From positions 96,001-160,000 of the IMG/VR virus record IMGVR_UViG_3300013121_000023: a stretch of 64,000 nucleotides of DNA. One strand, written 5' to 3'. Positions 39,414 to 49,325 of this stretch are shown here, piece by piece. The notes under the pieces are model-generated. The model saw only the letters and a program-made list of their open reading frames with translations, did not search any database and was not told the DNA's origin. This DNA comes from a virus (taxonomy: Duplodnaviria; Caudoviricetes). The first letter of the stretch is position 1. Every line of letters starts with the position of its first letter. A program made the translations under genes and the position numbers.

Positions 39414-39485
39414 CGCGGGTAACGGGACTTGAACCCGTACATAAGGATTTAGAATCCTATGCTCTACCAGTTGAGCTATACCCAC
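39414..39485 (-). tRNA. amber suppressor tRNA (anticodon CUA)
   Basis: GTGGGTA/TACCCGC; TAGCTCAACTGGTAGAGCA; TAGGA-TTCTAAA-TCCTT; GGTTCAAGTCC. Confidence 0.85.
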
Positions 39486-39520
39486 ATGCCCAATGTCTTA
39501 TAACAACATTGGGCTTATTT

Positions 39521-40186
39521 CTACATTTTTGGCACCGAGAAGCCTTTATCTCCTTGATACTTTCCGCCCTTGGCTGCATACGAAATTAGGGGCGCGACAG
39601 CAGTTCTGAAGAATAGAACCTGGCACACTCCTTCACCTATATACAGTTTGGCAGGTACGGGGTTGGCGTTCTGAATTTCCAACGTCAGTCTACCGTGCCA
39701 TCCTGGTTCTATTGGGGTGATAAGCTGATTCACGCCGCACCTAGCGTACGTAGACTTGCCTATGCACAGCCCCATTATATTTTCTGGCATTCGGAAGTAT
39801 TCCAGTGTTTCACCGAATACAGTGGAGTTGCCAGGTATCCATACGTAAGAACCAGTAGGCCCTTCTTTTGGTAGTAGCTGCTGAAGTGGTGCGCCACCGT
39901 TTTTAGGGTCTACGTGCGTAGAGTCTGGCGTCCTAACGAACCACTTGTCCCCAGCAGTTATATCGTAGCCAACCGTAGATATACCACGGCTTATTATCTT
40001 CACATTGGTGAGTACGCCGTTGATATCCATTGGTTCCTGACGTACTGACTTCTTTAGATACGGAAAGACTATGGAGTTTTCTTCTTTGTCTAGAAGCTTT
40101 ATGATTTCTCCATCAGTCAAGAGGCCAGATGGTTCACTACCGGTAAGGTGATTAAGCATGCGCTCAAAATCGTTGTCGTTCGCCAT
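39521..40186 (-). CDS. dcd: dCTP deaminase
   Basis: IIS.G.S..GYD, GKSTYARCG, TPIEPGWHG.LTLEI, GKYQ. Confidence 0.9.
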   Translation of the reverse strand: MANDNDFERMLNHLTGSEPSGLLTDGEIIKLLDKEENSIVFPYLKKSVRQEPMDINGVLTNVKIISRGISTVGYDITAGDKWFVRTPDSTHVDPKNGGAPLQQLLPKEGPTGSYVWIPGNSTVFGETLEYFRMPENIMGLCIGKSTYARCGVNQLITPIEPGWHGRLTLEIQNANPVPAKLYIGEGVCQVLFFRTAVAPLISYAAKGGKYQGDKGFSVPKM

Positions 40187-40610
40187 TTTTCTTGTCTCGT
40201 CCTTTTCATTTGCTCAGGAATATAAACCCGAGCCGCTTAAAGCTGTACCGCCTGGAGACGACAAAATAGTATCTATCAAAGAGGGAGACAAGGCACAGTT
40301 CGCAGGCCAGCTGTTTTCTTCTGATACGGCTCTACGTTGGGCCAATTTCTTGGAGCAGGCCCATGTCAGACTCCGTGTAGACGTAGAACGTGAACGCGCC
40401 ATAGCTGCGGCCAAAGAACGTGCGCTAGAAGAGAAACTACGACTTGAGAAGCAACGTTCTGAGTTGTTGCTATCTGAGTACCAGAAACAAATAGATAGAC
40501 TCACGAAACCTGACCCTTGGTACAAATCTCCAGTTGTTCCATTCATGGGAGGGGTTCTTACCATGACCATTGTGACGGTCACTGTTGTAGTTCTGGTTTC
40601 GAAGAACTAA
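40158..40610 (+). CDS. secreted/membrane coiled-coil protein
   Basis: signal peptide, coiled coil, PWYK.P plus C-terminal TM helix. Confidence 0.6.
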   Translation: MRSKSLSFAIFLVSSFSFAQEYKPEPLKAVPPGDDKIVSIKEGDKAQFAGQLFSSDTALRWANFLEQAHVRLRVDVERERAIAAAKERALEEKLRLEKQRSELLLSEYQKQIDRLTKPDPWYKSPVVPFMGGVLTMTIVTVTVVVLVSKN

Positions 40611-40642
40611 AAACATAAGGCCGGATATCCGGCCTTATGTTT
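40606..40642. terminator. bidirectional terminator
   Basis: AAACATAAGGCCGGA-TA-TCCGGCCTTATGTTT between convergent genes. Confidence 0.8.
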
Positions 40643-40789
40643 ACACTACATACCTGTTAAACCAAGACAAAGCCTCTTGTAGAGGCAGACCATCCGGTAT
40701 GAACAGGTTTGCTTTTTTCGCCAGAGCATACACAGATTGTACAGATGTTGGTTGTTCCACATCCATGTACTCTGTGTTGCTCGGCGCAC

Positions 40790-41974
40790 TAATTTTCCCT
40801 TTACGGACTCCACTACTGTAGAAGTTATAGACTTTGCTGAGTCTATAACTTCCGCTATTTCCATGCCCAGCAGTTGGGCATTGGCCATGGCCTGCATGGC
40901 CACGAGCTTGGACAGCGTTTCTCTTACTTCTATAGTTTCTTGCACTGTCCTGGCTGTATCATCAGCCATCTTGCTTGTTTCCCTTACAGCCACGGCCATG
41001 GAGTTGATAGCTTTGGCGATTTCATTTTGTTGATTGAGCATAGCGATTTGAGTTGCCCCCAAATCCTCTAGCTTCTTAGCCATCTCAGATACGATGGCCA
41101 ATATTTGTTGTGCAGCCCCACTCGCTGGAGCTGGAGCCGGTGTTGTGGCCTGTGGAACAGGCGGGGCTTCTGCGGCGGCTGGTGCTTCTACAGCCATCTT
41201 GGGCTTTCTAAGGCTCTTTTGCGCCGCCGTAGGCGCCGATGCAACAGACGCCGCTGTGGGCGCGGCTGGTGCGGCTGGTGCGGCTGGGGCCTGAGCGGGT
41301 GCTGTGGGTACGGAGGGGGTACTGTCTGCTACTTCAGGAAGCACCCTCCCCTCCTTGGATGCATCCACTATGGCCGTTCTGACACTATCTGTAAAAAACT
41401 CTTTTCCTTTTGCCCTAAACAACTTTAGGGCCTGACTGGCGTAACTAACTTTCTTCGGGACTTCTAGCAGTATGAATTGAGGTGTGTAGGCGCCTATAGC
41501 GCTCATCATGCCCCTCAAATGTATCGGCGGTATTGCCGCCAATACCTTTTCATCCAGCGGGGTTTCCCCAGCCATCTTGATGTATTCTTCCGGTGTCTTT
41601 GCTTCAGCTCTAACTGTCATGGTCATGGGCAATCTCCTTTTTTGTACGGCTTTTGTGGCCAGAATCTTGTCTTTGTGCTCAGCATTCATAGCCAAGCAAA
41701 CCAAAACTTGTGCGTCAACGCATTCGTAACAGGAGTAGGGGTCTCCGCTTGCTGCTGGGCATGTCAGCTGCGGTGATACCTGCCTCCATCTTTCCAGTAG
41801 AAAAGACATCAATTTATCTCTGATGCTATCTACTGGGTTTCTTTCCCATTCTTCTAGATGTTCGTCGTTTTCTAGAAGAGAGATCAATCTTTCTTTAGCT
41901 AGTTCTTCATGGGCATCGTGTCCTAGTGACCTAGCGACCGTCACTAGCTCTTTTTTGTTAGCTTCTTCAAACAT
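40790..41974 (-). CDS. hypothetical protein with Ala/Pro linker; ends GK-TTA with a -1 frameshift extension to 40641
   Basis: G GGA AAA TTA; -1 frame open for 50 codons to TAA at the terminator. Confidence 0.65.
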
Positions 41975-42468
41975 CAAATCATGGTTGGTTGCAGTTCTGT
42001 TAGATCCATAGTTCTTATGTCGCATCTCCACAAGATAATTGTTGTTCTTTCTTGTGGCCCGAAACTTTTTGTGGCGATCACAATAAAGTTGTGCTCGTCA
42101 TCTAGGTCTAGCACTTCTGCCATGGCGTCTTCAACGAATTTCACTCGGTTGCTTACGTCAACGTGCTTGTACCTGTTAGCTGCTTTCTTTGGCCACCCTT
42201 TGTTAATTATGTCCGGCATAAACAGCTGTATGACGATACCGTAAGGGTGGTTCTTTTCTGGTGATTTAGTCTTGCTTAGCTGTTTGCTTATATCGTACTT
42301 AGCGTTGGTTTTAAAGTCTTTTAGAGCTTTTGATGGAAAGCGTTTGTTACCTGAGCTTGGGTAGGCTTCGTTAATAGAAGGCGGCAGGTATCCAAGCTCT
42401 ACTATCCACAGTCCTTCATCTGTCGAACTGACGGTAGCCAAGGTTATTCTCTCTATTTGTTCCGCCAC
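41974..42468 (-). CDS. rusA: RusA-like Holliday junction resolvase
   Basis: PPSIN..DVSNRVKFVEDA..DD. Confidence 0.75.
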   Translation of the reverse strand: MAEQIERITLATVSSTDEGLWIVELGYLPPSINEAYPSSGNKRFPSKALKDFKTNAKYDISKQLSKTKSPEKNHPYGIVIQLFMPDIINKGWPKKAANRYKHVDVSNRVKFVEDAMAEVLDLDDEHNFIVIATKSFGPQERTTIILWRCDIRTMDLTELQPTMI

Positions 42469-43090
42469 TCTTTAGCTTTATCAACTCGATGTTTCTTGAG
42501 ATTATTTTCATGGCAGATCCTAGTTCTTCACATATAGATTCTAGCAGAATTTTGCTTTGAGTAAAATACTGTTCTTGTTCCAGCAGATCTTGGTAATCCG
42601 GGTTCAATAGTATGGCGTCTTGTACTTCTTCTGCGCTCATACCAGACCTTTTGCCTGCTACCTTATCGCCTCTCAATTCTTTTCTCAGCTTGGCCTCCAA
42701 TATCTTCATAGCGTTTTGTACTTCTATGAGACGGGCCTTTGTTTCAGCTAGATGCGGGCTTACATAAGATAGCCAAGCGTTAAACTTCACGAAACGTTCC
42801 GTATAGTCAGCCGTATTTGACCTTGATAGATCATCGGGCATGAGCTTCGGCATTTCGTATTGTGGCGGCAAGTTATTCCTCGGGCTTGGTATACTCAGCT
42901 TCTCTAGATTTGCTATGACTTTTTCAGTTGTAGCCCATCTATTGAGTATCTCTTTCTTGAGGGACTCTCCACCGGCCGCCATCTCTTTTGATAGCTTGCC
43001 TAGTCCACCACCAGAGTTTGTTAGTGGCGTCCTGGTTACACCAGTAGCAACCGTATTTATGATAGGTATATCATCGTACTGACCGCTCAT
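42416..43090 (-). CDS. hypothetical coiled-coil protein (possible recombination mediator)
   Basis: AGGAAG before ATG 43090; helical; recombination operon context. Confidence 0.55.
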   Translation of the reverse strand: MSGQYDDIPIINTVATGVTRTPLTNSGGGLGKLSKEMAAGGESLKKEILNRWATTEKVIANLEKLSIPSPRNNLPPQYEMPKLMPDDLSRSNTADYTERFVKFNAWLSYVSPHLAETKARLIEVQNAMKILEAKLRKELRGDKVAGKRSGMSAEEVQDAILLNPDYQDLLEQEQYFTQSKILLESICEELGSAMKIISRNIELIKLKSGGTNRENNLGYRQFDR

Positions 43091-43848
43091 GTTCTTCCTT
43101 TCGTTAGCTTCACGATAAGATCGTTGTCCATCTCCCTTTTCAGCAAATAAGGAGGCTCGCATACCCACGAGTATTTACAGAACTCGCAGTGCGATCCATC
43201 CATTTTGATAGGTAGTGTTTTCTTTCTTTTATGTTCATGAAATGAGAGTATTCTTTTGTATATCCTATCCCACAGCTTTTCATCGAAATCTACGAGATAG
43301 GCACCTTTGGAATTTGTTATTACCTGGCTGTTCTTGTTGTAATAAAGAAACCACATATGGCTAAGGCCGAGACACGCCATGTATACGTGTCCCTGTTCTA
43401 TGTGGTCTGGCTGAGGACCAGACAGAATCTTGAATCCGTCGTTTGATATGGTCTTTATCTCTAGACCTACTCTTATGGGCTTACCTTCAGTGTGGAAAGT
43501 AAACACACCATCGCAGCTGGATACTATATCCAGCTCCTTAGCTATGGCACTAGTACTTGAGTCTATTCGCACTTCGGCTTCAAAAGACATGTATATATCT
43601 GGCGATTCGTTAGCCATGTCTTTAAACTGTCGCTGAAGCATATCGTGTACAGCGTGTCCTAGATCGAACCTACGCTTCCACATAACAGGCGTATGCCCGC
43701 GCTTCTCTTCACCTATCATTGTGTACACAGCTTGTCTGTGACACTTAGATATTTCCGAGGCATGTACGCCAGCATCTCTTTTGTCTTGGTCTTTCCTTTT
43801 AAGGAAATCATCGTATCTGTCACTTAGGCTTTCTATTAGACTTCTCAT
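43087..43848 (-). CDS. Cas4-like PD-(D/E)xK exonuclease
   Basis: HASEISKC..G.AVH..DG..EIKT..Q...YM; C-terminal C..C.Y...C. Confidence 0.85.
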   Translation of the reverse strand: MRSLIESLSDRYDDFLKRKDQDKRDAGVHASEISKCHRQAVYTMIGEEKRGHTPVMWKRRFDLGHAVHDMLQRQFKDMANESPDIYMSFEAEVRIDSSTSAIAKELDIVSSCDGVFTFHTEGKPIRVGLEIKTISNDGFKILSGPQPDHIEQGHVYMACLGLSHMWFLYYNKNSQVITNSKGAYLVDFDEKLWDRIYKRILSFHEHKRKKTLPIKMDGSHCEFCKYSWVCEPPYLLKREMDNDLIVKLTKGRT

Positions 43849-44386
43849 CCGTATCTCCTATAGCTTTCAACCAGTCAGACTTTGACATGATTACGTAGGA
43901 CTCGTCAGCGTCTCCGGTAGCTCTGTTAACGAATTCAACTACTAGAGCTGACTTTTCATTACCTTTTGTAGCTGATTGAGCTTTGTGTAGAAGCCCTTTT
44001 GATACGCGGAAACTGTCAGCGGTCTGTACGCTTTTAAGCTCTACATTCCACTTACCTTTTTTGCGTACGTCTCCTTTGGCCCTAGGCGTAGCCCCTGATG
44101 CTGGTTGAAGCTTACCGCCAATTTCCTCGGCGAGTATCTTCTCTCGCTTCGTAGCTACCTTCCTTGTCCTGTGATCTGGGGCTATTCTACCCTTCTTCTT
44201 TTCTACGTTTATGTCAGAGAACTCCATACCTATAGGTCTTGATACAATGCAGCCGCGACAGCAAACAAGCTCAGCTATGTCTGCTACCGTTTGTGCAGTT
44301 AGAAGATACGAATCAGCACGTTCTCTACCGCAAATAGGACAAGTACCGCTTTCAGGGAATACTTGTATGGTAAACGAAAACGACAT
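43820..44386 (-). CDS. Hjc-like resolvase with N-terminal zinc finger
   Basis: CPIC..CRGC; RE..QPASGA..KGDV..VELK. Confidence 0.7.
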   Translation of the reverse strand: MSFSFTIQVFPESGTCPICGRERADSYLLTAQTVADIAELVCCRGCIVSRPIGMEFSDINVEKKKGRIAPDHRTRKVATKREKILAEEIGGKLQPASGATPRAKGDVRKKGKWNVELKSVQTADSFRVSKGLLHKAQSATKGNEKSALVVEFVNRATGDADESYVIMSKSDWLKAIGDTDEKSNRKPK

Positions 44387-45597
44387 TCCACGTTCTTCCT
44401 GGTAAGAGTGAGGTCCATGAGCATGATTCGTATTTCGGGCTCTTCCAACAAGTCTTCTATGTCTGACAGACTCTTGTAGGGGCCAAGCGGTGCATTGTTT
44501 CCATAGTTAACAACATCGTTTTTCATATTGACGACATAGTATTTATCTTTGTCTTCTACGATAGCGCCTACACGCAAGGCTTCCGTAACCAGCAGCATGT
44601 CCTCTCTAGCGAAGTAGTCGTAACTGTAGTCGAATTCACCTGTAGCACCATCGTGTATACCTGCTTTACCTTTTGCTATAGTGAATTTTATTTCTTTACC
44701 TGTTTGTACCTTCTTCTTTTCTTTGGTGTTTTTGTCACGCTCTTCTTCTTTTTCTTTAGCGCCTACTTGAAGAGTTATGTGTACCAGTAGCGCATGCATC
44801 AAAGCACTTGGGCCTATGAATTTCCTTTCTGGAATAAACTTTTGCATTGGTCCAGGTGCATTGGCCCTATCCTTGTTGGCACGTACCTGACCTATGAACA
44901 GCAGAGAGGTTTCGTGACGGCTAGAGCTGAGTATTCTGTTGTAGTAGTGCTGAAAGAACCTAGTAGTGACAGTCGCAAGGGCACCTTGTCTAGGGTCTTT
45001 TTCAAAACCCTTATCTTCGGTATCCATTTCAGCCGAGGGTGACAGCGCGTTGTAGCTGTCTATAGCTACTATTCCGTAGGCTCCAGAGTCTAGTATCGAC
45101 AGTATGTTGTCGTAATACGCCTCGGCGTTATGACCCTTGATTATGTCGAATCTTCCTATTTGTCTGTTGAATGCTTCTTTTTCTTCTTTAGTAAAAGGTG
45201 GAAGTCCGTTTTTAACTCTATGTGTTTCTCTTTCTTCAACCATTATCTTGGGTATAGCTATCTCAATACCCATACGACGCATCAGAAAGTAATCCCTAGG
45301 ATGTTCTGTGCAGGCTAGAGCTATGTACGATTCATCACCGTATACTTTTTGATGCATTTTGAAAGTCATATCCAGAAGAAATGACTTACATGAATGCTCT
45401 ACACCAGATATGAGTGACGGGCCTCCAGCTGGAAACCCGCCCCCAAGGGCTTCGTCTACGGTGATTATTCCTGTTGGTCTTCTTAGAAAGAACGCATTTG
45501 GTGCTTGGCTGCTAGGTACAACCAGACTCTCTTTGTCGTTGATCTTCTTGATGGCCGCTATGGCTGCTTTCGCTTTATCTTTCGACATGTTCGACAT
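44371..45597 (-). CDS. recA: RecA/UvsX-like recombinase ending at TTA
   Basis: PTGIITVD.ALGGGFP.G, IVAIDS, FIGQVR; AGGAG SD before ATG 45597. Confidence 0.85.
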
Positions 45598-45665
45598 GTT
45601 GGCTCCTAAAAGAAACAACCCCTCTCCCATAAAAACTTATGACAGAGGGGTTGATTTGTTTTCGT

Positions 45666-45860
45666 TAAACGATTTATTGTCTCGAACGGCTCTGTACCAC
45701 AGTTGTTGCACACCAGTACCCTGCCATGAACTTCCGGCCTGCTACCGCACTTAGGGCACTTATAAACGTCGGATGCAGTCTTAACACCTCTGTCGGTAGT
45801 TCCCATGGCCGTTTCATCGACCCCGTACTTAGACATTTCCTCTTCCGATTTAGGTAGCAT
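45666..45860 (-). CDS. small zinc-ribbon protein ending at TTA
   Basis: KYGVDE..KTAS..CPKCG..C.NCGTEPFE. Confidence 0.6.
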
Positions 45861-46093
45861 TCTTTCTTATCCTCCTTTGAGAGCCTGGTATAGAGGCTAC
45901 CATAGCATTTTTTACCAGACCTTACCAGGTGCGCGACTCTTGGTATATTCACGAATTTACGTTTTCGTATTTCGTGATTAATGATGGCCGCTATAGCATC
46001 ATATACCAATGTCACGGTATCTATATCTGTCGCAGATCTCTCAGATACCCGCTTCAGAAACTCTTTTTCGTTCTTTTGTATCTTACCTATCAT
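45782..46093 (-). CDS. HU/IHF-like DNA-binding protein, probably ending at TTA
   Basis: EFLKRVSER..V..VYDAI..I..V.IP.V..L HU-like pattern. Confidence 0.5.
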
Positions 46094-48042
46094 TTAGCTT
46101 CCGCCCAGCTCTTACCTTTAGCGGCAGATGTAGTTAGCGGTACAGCTAGATCTGTAGGAAACGGATGTTCCATGGTTTCCTTTATGATTGGTAGACATAT
46201 ATCTACATATTCATCAGGGCACTCGAACACAAGTTCGTCATGTACCTGAACTAGCATTTTGCAGCCGTATTTTTTCTTCAGTCCTAGAGCTTCTACCTTA
46301 AGCATTGCGCACATAGCTACGTCAGCGGCAGACCCTTGTATAGGAGCATTGCTAGCCTGTCTTTGCGCTCTGCTTATGTCAGACCTTTTGAGTGACCGAA
46401 GCTCTTTAAGGTACCTTCTACGTCCAAGAACAGTAAAGGCGTATCCGTAGGTAACTGCTTCTTCAACAGCGGATTGAAAGAAGTGCTTAACAGCCGGATA
46501 TCTACCCAGGTATAGCTCGATAAGGCCTTCGGCCTTATCCACCGTGCAGCCTATTCTGGACGCCAGAGAATTGGCTCCCATCCCGTAATTTAGACCAAAC
46601 CCTATTGCCTTAGCTGCTTGCCTAGCCCACATGATTCTTTCTATTTCATGCAATTGCTGAGGTGTTATTGTTTTCGCAAGGTCACCAGTTTTGTCCTGCT
46701 TTAGCGCACCTTCTGTTTTCTTAGCCCAAATGAAGTCTTTATAAGTTATCTCTCTCTTCAACTCATCGCTTAGTATTGGGCCGAATACCAGTTCGGCGTT
46801 ACCCATATGTATGTCTTTGCCCTCCAAAAAGATGGCAATCATATCTGGCTCCATGGCGGCTGCCGCCAGTAGCCTCATCTCAAGCTGTTCGTAGTCTATA
46901 ACTATGAGACTACAGTTTTCACTGGATATGAAAGCTTTGCGCATACCAAATTTATCTGAGTCTGGTCTTGGTATGTTTTGTACGTTTATGTTGCTTGAGC
47001 TAAGTCTTCCAGTTCTGGCTATGTCTTGGTTAAATCTGTAGCCTACTCTACCGTTAATCAGCATCTTATCTATGCCGTAAACGTAGGTTTTTAGTATCTT
47101 GCTGAGTTTCCTGTGCCTCACCACTATCGGTACTATGGGATCTTTATCTGCTATTTCATCAAGTGTCTTTTTGTCTACGGATTTATTACCTGATTTAGTC
47201 TTTATACCTCTTTCTTCAAAAAGATATTTCGCTAGCTGTTGGTTGGAAGAAATATTGATTGGCTTACCAGCTATTTTCCAAGCTTCCTTTTCTATGGAAG
47301 CTATTTCATCCAGCATTGGTTTTTCTAGGTCTTTTAGTTTCTTTGTGTCTACTTTAAATCTGTTTCTTTCGCATTCGTACAGCACCTTTGTAAAAGGTGC
47401 GCACAACATGAAGAAGTATTCCAGAAGAGTAGGGTACTTATCAGGGTATAGCGAGTAAGTATTGGCCTCTTCTAGTTCTTGCAACAACGCATAGTATAGC
47501 TTCAAAGTTCCGTAGGCGTCGTTTGCTGTGTACTCAACAAGTGCGCTTTTATTCTTGCGCTCCATTTCCATAAGTAGGTCTAGAGGTCTGCTTCCTTCCT
47601 CTTTGCCGATCTTGCCAAATGTGGATTCAAAACTACGCCATGTCCACCCCAGTATTTGGTGAGTCATTTCTTTAAGGCCGTGTGGTTTTTCCTCATATAG
47701 CAAGGCGTGCATGACTGATACGTCTGCTATCGTACCCTCCAGCCAAACCCCACAATTCTGTAGCATGTGCATATCGAATTTGGCGTTGCACATGATCCAT
47801 ATTTTGTTTGGGTCTGTGAACGCCTCTTTGAAGAATGGAAAAGTACTTGCCGGCATACTTATTCGACGGTCTGCGAAAGCTATGGACCAGTAGTAAGCCC
47901 TATCACGAGCCGTATCTAGACCGGATGTCTCTGTGTCTATTGCTATCTCTACGGCCGAATTCACATCCACTACAAGTTTGTCTATATCGTGCGATGTCAA
48001 ATCAAACCATTCGGCATCTGGTAGTTCTACATTCCATGCCAT
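46090..48042 (-). CDS. polA: family A DNA polymerase with 3'-5' exonuclease
   Basis: DTETSG, NAKFD, TGRLSS..N.QNIP, DYEQLEMR, AK..FG..YG, QGSAAD, VHDE; no in-frame TTA found. Confidence 0.95.
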   Translation of the reverse strand: MAWNVELPDAEWFDLTSHDIDKLVVDVNSAVEIAIDTETSGLDTARDRAYYWSIAFADRRISMPASTFPFFKEAFTDPNKIWIMCNAKFDMHMLQNCGVWLEGTIADVSVMHALLYEEKPHGLKEMTHQILGWTWRSFESTFGKIGKEEGSRPLDLLMEMERKNKSALVEYTANDAYGTLKLYYALLQELEEANTYSLYPDKYPTLLEYFFMLCAPFTKVLYECERNRFKVDTKKLKDLEKPMLDEIASIEKEAWKIAGKPINISSNQQLAKYLFEERGIKTKSGNKSVDKKTLDEIADKDPIVPIVVRHRKLSKILKTYVYGIDKMLINGRVGYRFNQDIARTGRLSSSNINVQNIPRPDSDKFGMRKAFISSENCSLIVIDYEQLEMRLLAAAAMEPDMIAIFLEGKDIHMGNAELVFGPILSDELKREITYKDFIWAKKTEGALKQDKTGDLAKTITPQQLHEIERIMWARQAAKAIGFGLNYGMGANSLASRIGCTVDKAEGLIELYLGRYPAVKHFFQSAVEEAVTYGYAFTVLGRRRYLKELRSLKRSDISRAQRQASNAPIQGSAADVAMCAMLKVEALGLKKKYGCKMLVQVHDELVFECPDEYVDICLPIIKETMEHPFPTDLAVPLTTSAAKGKSWAEAK

Positions 48043-48065
48043 AGAAACCTCGTAGGTAAAAAAGA

Positions 48066-48092
48066 AAAGGGCCCGCTTAGCAGGCCCTCTTC
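48066..48092 (-). terminator. intrinsic terminator
   Basis: GAGGGCCTGC-TAA-GCGGGCCCTT plus T-rich tract on minus strand. Confidence 0.7.
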
Positions 48093-48110
48093 TCGTCTCT
48101 GTTCGTTTAA

Positions 48111-49325
48111 TAACTCAACAGATTCTTCGTCGTCGTCCTCTACAGTTCGATCTTCAAAATGTACCGGTGTGCCTTCTTCTGGTGATGGCTCTCCGTACAC
48201 ATTGATCTGGTCGCTCCAGCTATCTGGCACGTATACCCTTGGAAAATCAAAGGGTACAGCCATCTTGCTGTATTTTGGATCTATAACAGAAGGCGCCGAT
48301 ATACGAACCATGTCTAGCTGGGTCTTCTTGGTTTGTGGCTGCCCAGGATTCCCTGGATCAGTTACTACCGTTCGTATATCTATGTCTACGTCAAACAACG
48401 ATGCTCTTCTGGCATCATTGCATTGAGTACACCAGAACTTCTCTTGCAGTAGACCGATGTTTTTGCACTTAGGGCAATTATAGGGTCTGCTGGTTAGAGC
48501 AGATATCTGCTCGTCTGTTAGCGAGGTGCTGGTCAAGTCTATGATTGGGTTATCACAGTTTGAGCACAGCCACATTGTGGTTTCTATGCTCTGCTGAGAG
48601 CCACACGATGTGCAATCATTCTCAACAGAGCTATTCTTTTCCAGCAAGTACTGATGCTGCAATTTGGACAGCTTGAATGGGCGCATCATCGCGTCCACAA
48701 CCTTCGCTGACATTTGGCAGTGCTGGCAACCTCTACCCACACATGGCTCCCATGTCATGTATGGTTGGTTGGTCCTCGGGTTTACCTTTATCTGCTTCGT
48801 TTTGAAGTCAGTTTGAGGTACCTCGTGATATTTGTGTATGTGTAGAACATTCCATACATACTTGTGGGATTTACTTACATAACCAGCTTCAACATTTGAA
48901 TTTTTGAACTCATAAAATATGTCGCAACCTCTACACGGCTTTCTGTGCTCTCTAGTAAAGTGCAGAGGTCCGCCGCTACATATGGTTGATTTCTTGTTTC
49001 TTGCGTTGTAATGCTGAACAAACTTAAAGAATTCGGATTCTGTTTCATACAGTTCGAATCCCCAAGAACCGTCTTCGCGGTCTACCCTACTCGGTATCTG
49101 CAACTTATAAGAACCCCGTATGAGGCGTATCTTGTCGCTTTTACCGGCCAGTTCAGTCGGTCTGAAGCCGGGATCGTATTTAGATAGGAACGGTCCCTGT
49201 CTGGTACCGCCGCCGCCAGACATAGCGGCTAGCGCTCTTTCTCGCTGTGACAGCGAAAGCGAGCCGGGCTTAATTCCGTACTTATCCAGCTTGTTCAACA
49301 CGTTTGGATCTTTCCCGAATGACAT
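48111..49325 (-). CDS. ssDNA-binding-like protein with zinc ribbons, ending at TTA TTA
   Basis: H..C..C..C, several CxxC pairs, acidic tail EDDDEESVE; between primase and polymerase. Confidence 0.6.

Noticed and set aside
43087-43848. CRISPR-Cas locus around the Cas4-like gene
   Set aside because: No repeat-spacer array or other cas genes seen; stand-alone Cas4-like nucleases are common in phage replication operons
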